NCBI GenBank assembly: GCA_028826165.1
Contig: JAPDFW010000021.1
Location: 1-64,000 of the forward strand
DNA: 64,000 nt
Source: Anaeramoeba ignava BMAN
Lineage: Eukaryota > Protista > Anaeramoebae
Reading direction: 5' to 3'
Shown: positions 11,379 to 24,300 of the stretch, in pieces
Numbering within the stretch: the first letter of the stretch is position 1
Layout of the letters: the number at the start of each line of letters is the position of its first letter
Made by a program: the position numbers and the translations under genes
The notes under the pieces: model-generated
The model's input: the letters and a program-made list of their open reading frames with translations, nothing else
Told to the model about the DNA's origin: nothing
The model's database searches: none

Positions 11379-14105
11379 TTAAATATCCAAATCATCTTGA
11401 AGTTCTTTTTCTTCTTTGTTTTCTTCTTGTTTTTTTGATTTTGATTGTTTTCTTTTTTTCTTTTTATATAAAATAATTCCAATAATAATTATTGAAATAA
11501 CCAAAAGAGGAATAATTATTCCTAAAGTTATTGCTGTTGTTTTTGAATTATTATTAGATTCATTTGTTGATGATATTGTAATTGATGTTGTTGAATTAAT
11601 TCCTGAATATTCATTAAATGAACAATTTAAATCAGCTGATGAATAAATTGAAATTTCATAATATTCTCCTCCTTTTAATCCTGAAACTGAATAATTTGTT
11701 GTTAAATTTGATAAACAAATTGAATTTGAATTATAAGTAAATGAATATGCTTTTAATCCACTTGATAAAATTAATGAATTCCAATTACATTCAAATCCAT
11801 TAATTAATGAATTACAAGTTAATGAAGTAATATTTCCTAATTTAGCTTTTGTTGAAATAATTGAACTAGATTCTCCTAAATATGGAGTTTCACAATTTAA
11901 ATCTGAACATCCTCGAATTGAAATATTATATTCAATATTTCCTGATATTTCATTTATTATTCCAATTACTTCATTTCCACTTAAATTAAGAGATGTGAAT
12001 TTTTGCCAATTTGTTTCATTATTAAGTGAAATTGAATAATTATTTGCATTTATTAATTTTGTGAAATTAAATTCAATTTCTTCAATTTTGGAAATTGTTT
12101 CATAAATTGTTGGAGAAGTTGTTAAATTATCAGTTGTAATTGAAATTGATGAAATATATCCACATTTTCCATTTGAATTACATGCTGATATATTGATTTG
12201 ATATTCTTGATTTGGAAATTGAACTGTAAATTGTTGATTTAATGAAGTTGGTTGATAATTTCCTGAATCATTTTGATAAATTGATTGATAAGTAAAATTA
12301 TAATAAAATGGAATTGAACAATTAATTGGTTGATTCCAACTACAATTAATATCTAATGAATATTGAATTGAACATGTTAAATTTGTAACTTCTCCAAATA
12401 TTAATGAAATTGATGATTCAACAATTTCTCCTTTATCATCTCCTTCACATTCTTGTGTTCTACATCCACAAATTGAAATATTATAATCATTTTCACATTC
12501 AAAATTATTCCAAAGATAATCAAGTGAAGAATTATCAACTGAAATTAAAGATATTAAATCAGGTTGAGATTTATTTAAATAAGAAAGATTATAATGATCA
12601 AGATGAGCAATTCCTTCATCGATTTGAACATTTGGATAATCCCAAGTAACATTAATTGAATAATTTGAAGGATTTGATAATTGAAAATCTTTTACAGAAT
12701 CAATTTTTGTTGTTAAATTAATGAAAGAAGAAGATTCACCACATTTCATTGTTTCATTATCACAAGCTTTGATTTGAATTGAATAATATTCATTTCCAGT
12801 AATATTATCATAATTTGAAGAATTAAATTGTTGATAATAAGCATTCCCATCTTCAAGAATTGGAGAATCAATATCAATCCAATCATATCCATAATTAATT
12901 TGATAAATCAATGTTAATCCACATTCAATTTTATCCCAATAACAATCAAATGATGAAAACAAAGATGAACAATTAACAATATTAACTTGAGGAATGAAAT
13001 GAGCTTCATAAACAAATGCTTGATTTGCATCATAAGCTCCAATAACAGTAAAATTCCCATAAATTGAAACAGAATTCCCAAAATCTGAAACTGAAGATTC
13101 ATTCAAATTTTGTTCTTGATTCCAAATTGTTCCATTAAATCTGTAAATATATGCTTGATTTGCACCAGAAGCACCAACAACAATAACATCTTCATAAATT
13201 GAAACAGAACCTCCAAAAGTTGGAACTGAAGATTCATTCAAAATTTTTTCTTGATTCCAAATTGTTCCATTATATCTGTAAATATATGCTTGATTTGCAC
13301 CAGGAGCACCAATAACAATAACATCTTCATAAATTGAAACAGAATTCCCAAAAAATAAAACTGAAGATTCATTCAAAATTTGTTCTTCATTCCAAATTGT
13401 TCCATTATATCTGTAAATATATGCTTTCTTTGCATCATTAGCTCCAATAACAATAACATCTTCATAAATTGAAACAGAATATCCAAAATCTGAAACTGAA
13501 AATTCATTCAAAATTTGTTCTTCATTCCAAATTGTTCCATTATATCTGTAAATATATGCTTGATTTGCAACATAAGCTCCAATAACAGTAAAATTCCCAT
13601 AAATTGAAACAGAATATCCAAAATCTGAAACTGAAGATCCATTCAAAATTTGTTCTTGATTCCAAATTGTTCCATTATATCTGTAAATATATGCTTTATA
13701 TGAAATAGAAGCACCAATAACAATAACATCTTCATAAATTGAAACAGATTGTCCAAAAAGTGAATATGAAGATCCATTCAAAATTTGTTCTTGATTCCAA
13801 ATTGTTCCATTATATCTGTAAATAAATACTTGATCTGCAACATTAGCTCCAATAACAATAACATCTTCATAAATTGAAACAGAATGTCCAAAATATCCTG
13901 GATTTGAAAATTGATCTAATAAATTCCAAATCCAAGCTTCATCTAGAGTAGAATAATATCTTGTTGTTTCTGTTAATAATCTTGTTGTTTCTAATTCTTG
14001 AATTATTGTGGAAATTGAATTTTTTTGTTGATCTTGATTTGATTGAATTAAGAAAACATTAATAATTAAGAAAAAGGAAAAGGAAAAGAAAAGAATTAAT
14101 TTCAT
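11379..14105 (-). CDS. Type-I membrane protein with FG-GAP-like propeller and FN3-like domains (paralogue of 3521-7310)
   Basis: Intact 908-aa ORF with signal peptide, 45-aa repeats (135-bp period at 13121, 13256, 13391, 13526, 13661, 13796), FN3-like region, TM AITLGIIIPLLVISIIIIGIILY and KKKKRK stop-transfer. Confidence 0.9.
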   Translation of the reverse strand: MKLILFFSFSFFLIINVFLIQSNQDQQKNSISTIIQELETTRLLTETTRYYSTLDEAWIWNLLDQFSNPGYFGHSVSIYEDVIVIGANVADQVFIYRYNGTIWNQEQILNGSSYSLFGQSVSIYEDVIVIGASISYKAYIYRYNGTIWNQEQILNGSSVSDFGYSVSIYGNFTVIGAYVANQAYIYRYNGTIWNEEQILNEFSVSDFGYSVSIYEDVIVIGANDAKKAYIYRYNGTIWNEEQILNESSVLFFGNSVSIYEDVIVIGAPGANQAYIYRYNGTIWNQEKILNESSVPTFGGSVSIYEDVIVVGASGANQAYIYRFNGTIWNQEQNLNESSVSDFGNSVSIYGNFTVIGAYDANQAFVYEAHFIPQVNIVNCSSLFSSFDCYWDKIECGLTLIYQINYGYDWIDIDSPILEDGNAYYQQFNSSNYDNITGNEYYSIQIKACDNETMKCGESSSFINLTTKIDSVKDFQLSNPSNYSINVTWDYPNVQIDEGIAHLDHYNLSYLNKSQPDLISLISVDNSSLDYLWNNFECENDYNISICGCRTQECEGDDKGEIVESSISLIFGEVTNLTCSIQYSLDINCSWNQPINCSIPFYYNFTYQSIYQNDSGNYQPTSLNQQFTVQFPNQEYQINISACNSNGKCGYISSISITTDNLTTSPTIYETISKIEEIEFNFTKLINANNYSISLNNETNWQKFTSLNLSGNEVIGIINEISGNIEYNISIRGCSDLNCETPYLGESSSIISTKAKLGNITSLTCNSLINGFECNWNSLILSSGLKAYSFTYNSNSICLSNLTTNYSVSGLKGGEYYEISIYSSADLNCSFNEYSGINSTTSITISSTNESNNNSKTTAITLGIIIPLLVISIIIIGIILYKKKKRKQSKSKKQEENKEEKELQDDLDI

Positions 14106-14335
14106 TTTTGTTTTGCTATTTTTTGTTTAAATTAAATATAAAATTAATAAAATAAATTTATTTTTGTGTTTATTGTGTGTTTATTAATTAAAACAAATTA
14201 GTTTTTTTTACTTTTTTGCTTTTGTTTTGCTATTTTTTGTTTTAAATTAAATATAAAATTAATAAAATAAACTTATTTTTTGTGTGTTTATTAATTAAAA
14301 CAAATTTATTTTTTTTACTTTTTTGCTTTTGTTTT
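14106..14335. repeat. Two-copy ~115-bp tandem duplication immediately upstream of the ATG at 14105
   Basis: TTTTGTTTTGCTATTTTTTGTTT(T)AAATTAAATATAAAATTAATAAAATAAA at ~14106 and ~14220. Confidence 0.8.
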
Positions 14336-14674
14336 TGCTTGTTGAAAAAAAAATGAAAAGAAGAAAAAATGATCAATTTTATTTTTTAAATTAAAAATCC
14401 AGTAAAAAAAATTATTTTTTCTGTTTGTTTCTTGTTTAATTAAAAAATTGAATAAATGAATTTAAAATTAAAATATATTTAAGAATAATTTTTTATTATT
14501 AATTAATGATAATTTCTATTCAAATTAATGAATAAATTTTAATTTAAATTTTCCAAAAAAAAAAATAAATTTAATAAGAATTTAATAAGAATTTAATAAT
14601 AATTTAATAAGAATTTAATAAGAAAAAGAAAGAGAATTTTATTTCTAAATTAAAATTAAAATCAAAATTAAAAT

Positions 14675-15720
14675 CAAAATCAAATCAGAAAATCAAATCA
14701 GAAAATCAAATCAAATTAAAATCTAAATTAAAATCTAAATTAAAATCTAAATTAAAATCAAAATTAAAATCAAAATCAAAATCAAAATCAAATCAAAGGA
14801 AATAAAAAACGAAAAATTGTTATTCAAATTTAAACCTTTTTTCTTTTTGTAAATATAAAAAATAAGAATAGATTTAATTTAATATTTAATTTATAAATTA
14901 ATTTAAAAATATAATTTTATATTTAATTTTATTATTAAAATAATAATTTAATGTTTTAGATTTAAATATTTTATTATTTAAATATTTAACATATAAATAT
15001 AAAAAATAAGAATAAGTTTAATTTAATATTTAATTTATAAATTAATTTAAAAATATAATTTAATATTTAATTTTATTATTAAAATAATAATTTATTGTTT
15101 TAAATTTAAATATTTTATTATTTAAATATTTAACATATAAATATAAAAATGAAAATAGGTTTAATTTAATATTTAATTTATAAATTAATTTAAAAATATA
15201 ATTTAATATTTAATTCCATTATTAAAATAATAATTTAATGTTTTAGATTTAAATATTTTATTATTTAAATATTTAACATAAAAATATCAAAAATAAGAAT
15301 AGATTTAATTTAATATTTAATTTATAAATTAATTTAAAAATATAATTTAATATTTAATTCCATTATTAAAATAATAATTTATTGTTTTAGATTTAAATAT
15401 TTTATTATTTAAATATTTAACATAAAAATATAAAAAATAAGAATAGATTTAATTTAATATTTAATTTATAAATTAATTTAAAAATATAATTTTATATTTA
15501 ATTTTTTATTATTAAAATAATAATTTAATGTTTTATATTTAAATATTTTATTATTTAAATATTTAACATAAAAATATAAAAATAAGAATAGATTTAATTT
15601 AATATTTAATTTATAAATTAATTTAAAAATTTAATTTAATATTTAATTTTATTATTAAAATAATAATTTATTGATTTATATTTAAATATTAAACATAAAA
15701 AAAAGTGGAATGAAATTTTA
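14675..15720 (+). repeat. Composite repeat copy B: head + 6 x ~144-bp units + AAAAGTGGAATGAAATTTT tail
   Basis: Same head at 14794; unit anchors near 14864, 15008, 15151, 15295, 15439 and 15584; same tail at ~15700. Confidence 0.9.
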
Positions 15721-16210
15721 TTTCTAAATTAAAATTAAAATTAAAATTAAAATTCATTTAAAATCTAAATTAAAATCTAAATTAAAATCAAAATTAAAAT
15801 CAAAATTAAAATTAAAACTAAAATCTAAATTAAAATTTTGAGAATTTTCTTTTAAAAAAAAGAGATCAAAAGAAAATAAAAAGAAATTTATAAAGAAATC
15901 TAAATTAAAATTAATTTAAATTTTTGAAATAAAATTGATTTAAAAAGAAAAAAGAGAAAAAGAGAAAAAAACTCAAAAAAAAAAGAAATTATTCATAAAT
16001 TAATCATAAATTAATAAAAAAAAGAAAATAAAAGCAAAAAAAATTAATTTGATTAAATTCATTCTTTTCTTTTCTTTTCTTTTTTTTTTCTATTTTTGAT
16101 TTTCAATTCTTTTTAAAAAATTTTGTAAGAAAAAAGAAAAAAATTCCAATTTATCCAAAAAAATAAAAAAATTTTAATCTTTTTTAAATTCTTTTTTAAA
16201 TTCTTTTTAG

Positions 16211-17352
<1,142 letters not shown>

Positions 17353-17494
17353 ATCTCAATCTAAATCAAAAATCAATTTCCAAAATCAAATTCAAAAACA
17401 ATTTTCAAATCCAAATCCAAATCAAATTCTTTTTCTTTTTTTTGTTTTTTTTTAAAAAATTGAAAAAGTAAAATTCCAATTCAAAATCAAATTT

Positions 17495-18180
17495 TTTAAA
17501 TAGTTTTGATTTATTATTTAATTTAGAATTAAGTTTAAAAATATAATTTTATTATTAATTTTATTATTAAATTATTATTTTGTAATTTAAATTTAATTAT
17601 ATTTTGTTATTAAATATTTTGATTTAATTTATATCAAATTTTTTAAATAGTTTTGATTTATTATTTAATTTAGAATTAAGTTTAAAAATATAATTTATTT
17701 TTAATTTTATTATTAAATTATTATTTTTTAATTTAAATTTAATTATATTTTGTTATTAAATATTTTGATTTAATTTATATCTAATTTTTAAATAGTTTTG
17801 ATTTATTATTTAATTTAGAATTAAGTTTAAAAATATAATTTATTATTAATTTTATTATTAAATTATTATTTTCTAATTTAAAAATTAATTATATTTTGTT
17901 ATTAAATATTTTGATTTAATTTATATCAAATTTTTAAATAGTTTTGATTTATTATTTAATTTAGAATTAAGTTTAAAAATATAATTTATTTTTAATTTTA
18001 TTATTAATTTAATATTTTTTAATTTAAAAATAATTATATTTTGTTATTAAATATTTTAATTTAATTTATATCTAATTTTTCAAATAGTTTTGATTTAATA
18101 TTTAATTTAGAATTAAGTTTAAAAATATAATTTATTATTAATTTTATTATTAATTTAATATTTTTTAATTTAAATTTAAA
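17495..18180. repeat. ~146-bp AT-rich tandem repeat, about 4.7 copies
   Basis: AAATAGTTTTGATTTATTATTTAATTTAGAATTAAGTTTAAAAA recurs near 17498, 17645, 17790, 17936 and 18082. Confidence 0.9.
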
Positions 18181-18368
18181 TTAAAATTGTTTTTCATTTT
18201 TTCATTTTTTCATTTTTTTCTTTTTTTAAAAAGTAAAAATAATTAATTTTATTTTAATAAATTTATTCGGAATATAAAATAGAAATTAAAATAATGTAAA
18301 ATAATAATTTAAAACTAATTTTAATCCTTTTATTTTTTTTGTTATTTTTTAAAAAAAAAAAAGCAAAA

Positions 18369-21300
18369 ATGAATCAAAATCAAAAAGAGTTAAAATTAAA
18401 GAAATTCAATAAATTCTTAATAAAACAAGCTAATAAACAATTTGGTTTAATTTTTGAAAATGAAGAAAGTTCAGATTTTAAAATTTATTGTGGAAAAGAT
18501 AAAATTTCAATTCCTTGTCATAAATTTATTTTAGAATCTCGTTCAAAATATTTTATGATAAAAACAAAAGAAAATCAAATAAATTCAATTCATTTTAATA
18601 ATTTTAGTTCAGAAATTGTTAAACCAATTATTAAATTTTTTTATAATGGAAAATTTAAATTTGATAAACAAAAATTTGAAGAATATTTTAATTTTGCAAA
18701 TGAAATCAAATCAAAAGAAATTAAAACAAAAATTGAACTTGAAATTGAATTGATTTTAAATGTTGAAAATATTTTGGAAATTTATTCCAAAACCCAAAAA
18801 ATTAAATCAAAAAATCTTTTACAAATTTGTCAACAATTCATTTCTCAAAATGTTCAATTAATTTCTCCAAATCAAGAAATTGAAAAAAATTTAAATCAAA
18901 ATGAAATTGAATATCAAAATCAAAAAGAATTTTTTACAAGTTTTCCAAATGGAAGTGAATTGTTTAAAATTTGGAAAGAAATTATATCAAAGAATTATAC
19001 TGAAGTAAAGAAAAAATAATTTAATTTAAAATAGTCAAACAAAAAAAAATTAATTTAATTTTCTTTTAGATTAATGAAAAAATTATTGAATTTGGTTTAT
19101 TATTTCAAACTTCATTTCAAAAATGGAATCCAATTCAAACAAAATCAAATCAAAATCAAAATGAAAAATATTTTGAAAATGAAGCAATTAATGAAGCAAT
19201 TTCACAAAAAGAAGCTCATCCAATAAAATTTATTCATTTCATTATAAATTTATTAATTTATTCAAAAGATTTTATTAAAGGTTTTTATTGTTATTTTTAT
19301 TATAATTCTTTTTTTTTTTTTGAAAAAATGAAAATATTAAAAAAAATTTTTTAAAACACAAAAAAGGAAATCAAAAGGAAAACATTCAAGCTCATAAAAA
19401 TTTGATTTCTTTATCAATCATTTCAATCATTTCAAAATCAAAATTTAATCGTCAAATTTTATTTGAAAATGAAATTTTTCAAATTATTCAAGATTTATTG
19501 GAATTTACAAAAAATCTTTTTAAATTAATGGAAAACTTATTTTTTCAAAAAAAACAAAACGAATCAAATTCTTCACTTTCAATTTATTATTTAATTGAAA
19601 TCCAATTTATTCTTTCAGAAATTATGGAAATTTTATATCAATTTTTAAGACCAAGAAAAGTTCTTCCAAATGAAAAAATTTTAGAATCATTTAAAAAAAC
19701 AAAAATAATTTCATTATTAATTGGTAAATTTAAATTTAAATATTAAATATTAAATTATTTAAAATTAATTTAAAAAAAAATAATAGAATGTTTTGAAATT
19801 ATTTTAAATCTCAGAAAATCATTCATTTTCACAACAAAACAATTTGAAATTCAATCAAAAATTCCTCAAATTTTTGAGATTTGTTATGAATTAAATTTAT
19901 TATCAGAAAAAGAAAAAATTGATTTAATTTTACTTTTTTTAACATCTTTTAAACCTCCAAATTTATCATCATCTCTTCCAAATATTGGATTTTCAAATGA
20001 AGAGAAAAATAAATTTGGCATTCAAGTTGAAATTGGTTTTGAATTTCAAAAAGAAAATGAAAATGAAAATGAAAATCAAGAAAAAATAGTAGAATATGAA
20101 ATGAATGAAATTGAAGATTTTTTCCAAACAAATTATTTTGTATTTGATCCAAAAATCAAAAAAGAAGAAAATCATTTCATTTTACAAAATTTCAAACCTT
20201 TAAAAGGAAATTTAATTCATTTTGAATTTGATTTTCGTTCAAATATTTTCCAATTCCTTGTTAAAATTATTGAAGAAGAAAATATAATTGAACAAATTAT
20301 AAACAATAATAATATTTCATATATTGGGGATTTTATTCTTTGGGTTTCTTATTATTTTCAATTAGCCTTACCAAAAAATTTGAAAGAAGATCAAAATCAA
20401 AATGAAAATATTAAACCAAAAAAAGTATCAGAAATTAATTTATACAACCACTATTTGGATATACTTTTTAATCATATTAGAAATTTCCAAAAGATTGAAA
20501 AATCAAATGAAAATGATTTATCAAAAAAAAATATAAGAAAAGAATTAGATAAATTTGCAAATGAAACAAAAAGAAAAGTTAATAATTTCAAAGAAAGATT
20601 AATTTTAACTTATATTGATTTATTCAAAAATCCAAATGAAAATTCATCTTTAATTCATATTCTATCAAATCAACAAATTATTCAAATTCAAAAATTTATC
20701 AAAAATATTTACCCTCAAGTTCAAATGTATGTTTTATTTGAATTAAAGAGAATGATTATTAATGATGTAGATAAAGAAATTCTTAACTTTTTTCAAAAAA
20801 ATGGAGGTTGGGAAATTTGTTTTTCTGATTATTTTATCAGAAATAATTTCAATAATTCGAATGTAAAGAAAAAAAAAATCTAAAATTTAAATTTAATTTT
20901 AATTTTAAATTTAATTTAATTTTAATTTCAATTAGATTAAATTAAATGAAATGAATTCAGATTTACAAACATTATTAATTGATCTCATGATTAATGCTCT
21001 TTTAACATTTCAAGATTATTTTGATTATAAATTCTTATTTAATCAAATTTTCAAAAATCAAAATATCAAATCAAATTTATCGTTATTAAATCGATTTTTA
21101 GAAATGATAATTGAACTTATCAATAAAAATCCTCAAATTTCATCAAATAAGATTATTGAAATTAAAGCATTTGAAGGAATTGAAGAAATTTTGTTTCATT
21201 CAATCCAAGAAAAACAAAATAAATCAATTGAATTATGTTTAAAAATTCTAGATTTGTTATTTCAAAAAGCAGATATTGAAATTATTTTGCAAAATCAAGA

Positions 21301-24300
21301 ACTTACCATTAGTTTAATTAAATTATTTAAAAACAAAATTACTCAAAAAATTTCTTTAACTCATATTCCAAAAATTCTTGAAAAAACAAAAAATTCAAAT
21401 GGAGAAAAGGAGAATCAATTCATCTATTTTTTGTTTCAAAAAATTTTATTTTTAATTCAAGAAATCAATTTAAAACAAAATCAAAACCAAGAATCAAATG
21501 AAATTGAATTTAATGATATTGAAGAACTTTTTTCAAAATGTTCAGAATCAATTTCAAAAAACCGAGAAGTTATTCAACAAATAATTTTAAATTCAAAACT
21601 ATTATTCATTTTCAGAGCATTATTAGATGAAAAAGAACAAAAATCAACTCATCTTATTTTAATATTTTTGAATGAACTTATCAGAAACAATGAAACAATT
21701 ATTTACGAATTTCATCAATTAATTCCAAAATCTGAATTTATTAAATTACTTTATGAAACAGAAAAAGAAAAGCCAACAGAAAAATTATTACAAATTCTTT
21801 TGGATTTAATGATTAGTAATGGCAAATTTTCATTAGAGAATAATTTTATTATCAGAAACAAAAATATGATAAATATTATTTTGGAACTTTATTGCCAAAA
21901 TCAAAAGGAAAATGAAAAAGAATTTGATAAAGTTTTGGAAACTTTTATCGAATTTTGTGAGAAATCAATTCATAATATTTATTGTTTTTGTGAAAAAGAA
22001 ATTATTTCCTTTTTACTTGAATTAATCCCCAATATTCAAAATTTAAATTTATTCAAAAAAATTATTCAATTTATTGGAAAACTTGGAACACATAAATTTC
22101 TTGTTTCTGAAATGAAGAAATATTTTTCCATTTTGAAAGATCAATTAAGAAAAAGAAAAAGAAAAGCAAATCAATTTGCAAATTTAATGTTAATTGAATT
22201 AAGAAAAATGATAAATCAAAATCAAGATCAAGATCCAATAAATTTTTTTGATTTTTATGAAGAAAATTCAAATATAAAACTTCCAACTTTCAAAAATGAT
22301 TTAATTTCGAAAAATTTCAGTTTTTTTACTTGGATAAGAATTGAAGATTTTCAAATGAGCAATATTCCTTTATCAAAAGAAAATGAAATTGAAAATGAAA
22401 ATGAAATTTGTTTAAAAAACAAAATATTTAGTTTTTTAACAGAAAATTCAAAAGGAATTGAATTACTTTTGGAATTTAACAAAGAAAACAAAAAACCAAA
22501 ATCTTTTATTTATCAAATCTATTCAAATCAAGAAAATCAAATTATTGAATCAAGATTTCCATTTGAAATTGAAATGAAAAAATGGTATTTTTTCTTTTTC
22601 ACACAAAAATACAAAAAATCAAATTCAGAACTTGAAATAACAATTTATATTGATGGAAATCAACAGAAAACAATAAAAATTAATTTAAAAAACAAAATTG
22701 GGAATGGAAAAAATTTTATCAAAAATGAAATTGGTTCAAATTTTACATTTTCAATTCAACAAAAAGAAATTCAAAATCAAATTCAAATTCAACAAAAATC
22801 ATTTTATGGACAGATGGGAACAATTTATATTTTCAAAGAATCTCTTAATGAAAATCAAGTTAAAGCAATTCAATTTCTTGGAGCAAATTATAATTTATTT
22901 TTTTATCAAAATGAAATTTTCAAATATTCAAGTTCAGAATTTGAAAAAGAATTAAAAGAAATTTTAAATGGGAAATTAACTCAAAAAATAATAATTTATC
23001 ATAATCCAAAAACAATAAAAGAAAATTTCTGTTTGAATGAATCTTCAACAAATATTATCAAAAAACATTCAAAAATAAATAATATTTATTCATTTACAAC
23101 AACTAAAATACAAGATATTATTCACTGTTTAGGAGGATTTGAAATATTTTTTTATTTAATTCTTGAAATTGATGAATTATTCCAAGAAGGAAATGAAAAT
23201 CAAAATAATCAAAATGAAAATAATGAAAATAATGAAAATCAAAATGAAAATCAAAATGAAAATCAAAATGAAAATAATGAAAATAATGAAAATAATGAAA
23301 ATAATGAAAATAATGAAAATAATGAAAATAATGAAAATAATCAAAAAAATGAAAATAATGAAAATAATCAAAATCATGAAAATCAAAATGAAAATGAAAA
23401 TCAAAATAATGAAAATAATGAAAATAATCAAAAAAATGAAAATAATGAAAATAATCAAAATCATGAAAATCAAAATGAAAATGAAAATCAAAATAATCAA
23501 AATAATGAAAATAATGAAAATAATGAAAATGAAAATAATGAAAATAATCAAAAAAATGAAAATAATGAAAATAATGAAAATAATGAAAATAATGAAAATC
23601 AAAATGAAAATAATCAAAATAACGAAAATAATGAAAATAAAAATGAAAATCAAAATGAAAATAATCAAAATAATGAAAATAATCAAAAAAATGAAAATAA
23701 TGAAAATAATGAAAATAATGAAAATCAAAATAAATTGATTTTTGAAGAAATATTAAAAATAATTCAAGATATTTTACTAAAACATCAATTTTTTCAAGAA
23801 GAAATTATCCAAAAACAAAAATTCCTAATATTCAGTCTAATACTTAAATCAATTCATTCAAAATATTTTTCAAACCAAATTTATCATCTTATCAAAACAT
23901 TGAAAGAAAAAATTCAAAATGAAAAATTCCAAATACAACTTAAAGATAATTTGCTTTTTGATTTCGAAATTTGGAAAAATTTCAGTTTTGAAATTCAGAA
24001 AGAAATCATCTTTCAAAATAAAAATCAAAATCGTTCAAGTCTTGATTTATTAATTATATTGAATTATTATGATGAATCTTTAAACAAAATACAAAAATCA
24101 AATTCGTCTCTTCAATATTCCAATTTCCAAAATCAATTTGATGAATTATCTCAAAATTTATTTTCAATTATTGAAATTCTTTCTGATCAAATTGAAAATG
24201 ATATCTCAAAATTAGAATATATAAAATCTTTGGTTTCATCATGTTTCCTTTTCAAAACACAATATTTTATGGAAAAAACACTTGAATTTATTTACAAAAT

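Noticed and set aside
23163-23738. Alternate-frame and antisense ORFs (MKI.., IFI.., ILIL.., KLKL..) here and at 42401, 56412, 59329 and 62410-63795
   Set aside because: By-products of stop-free microsatellites in introns or of the real NE/NQ frame.
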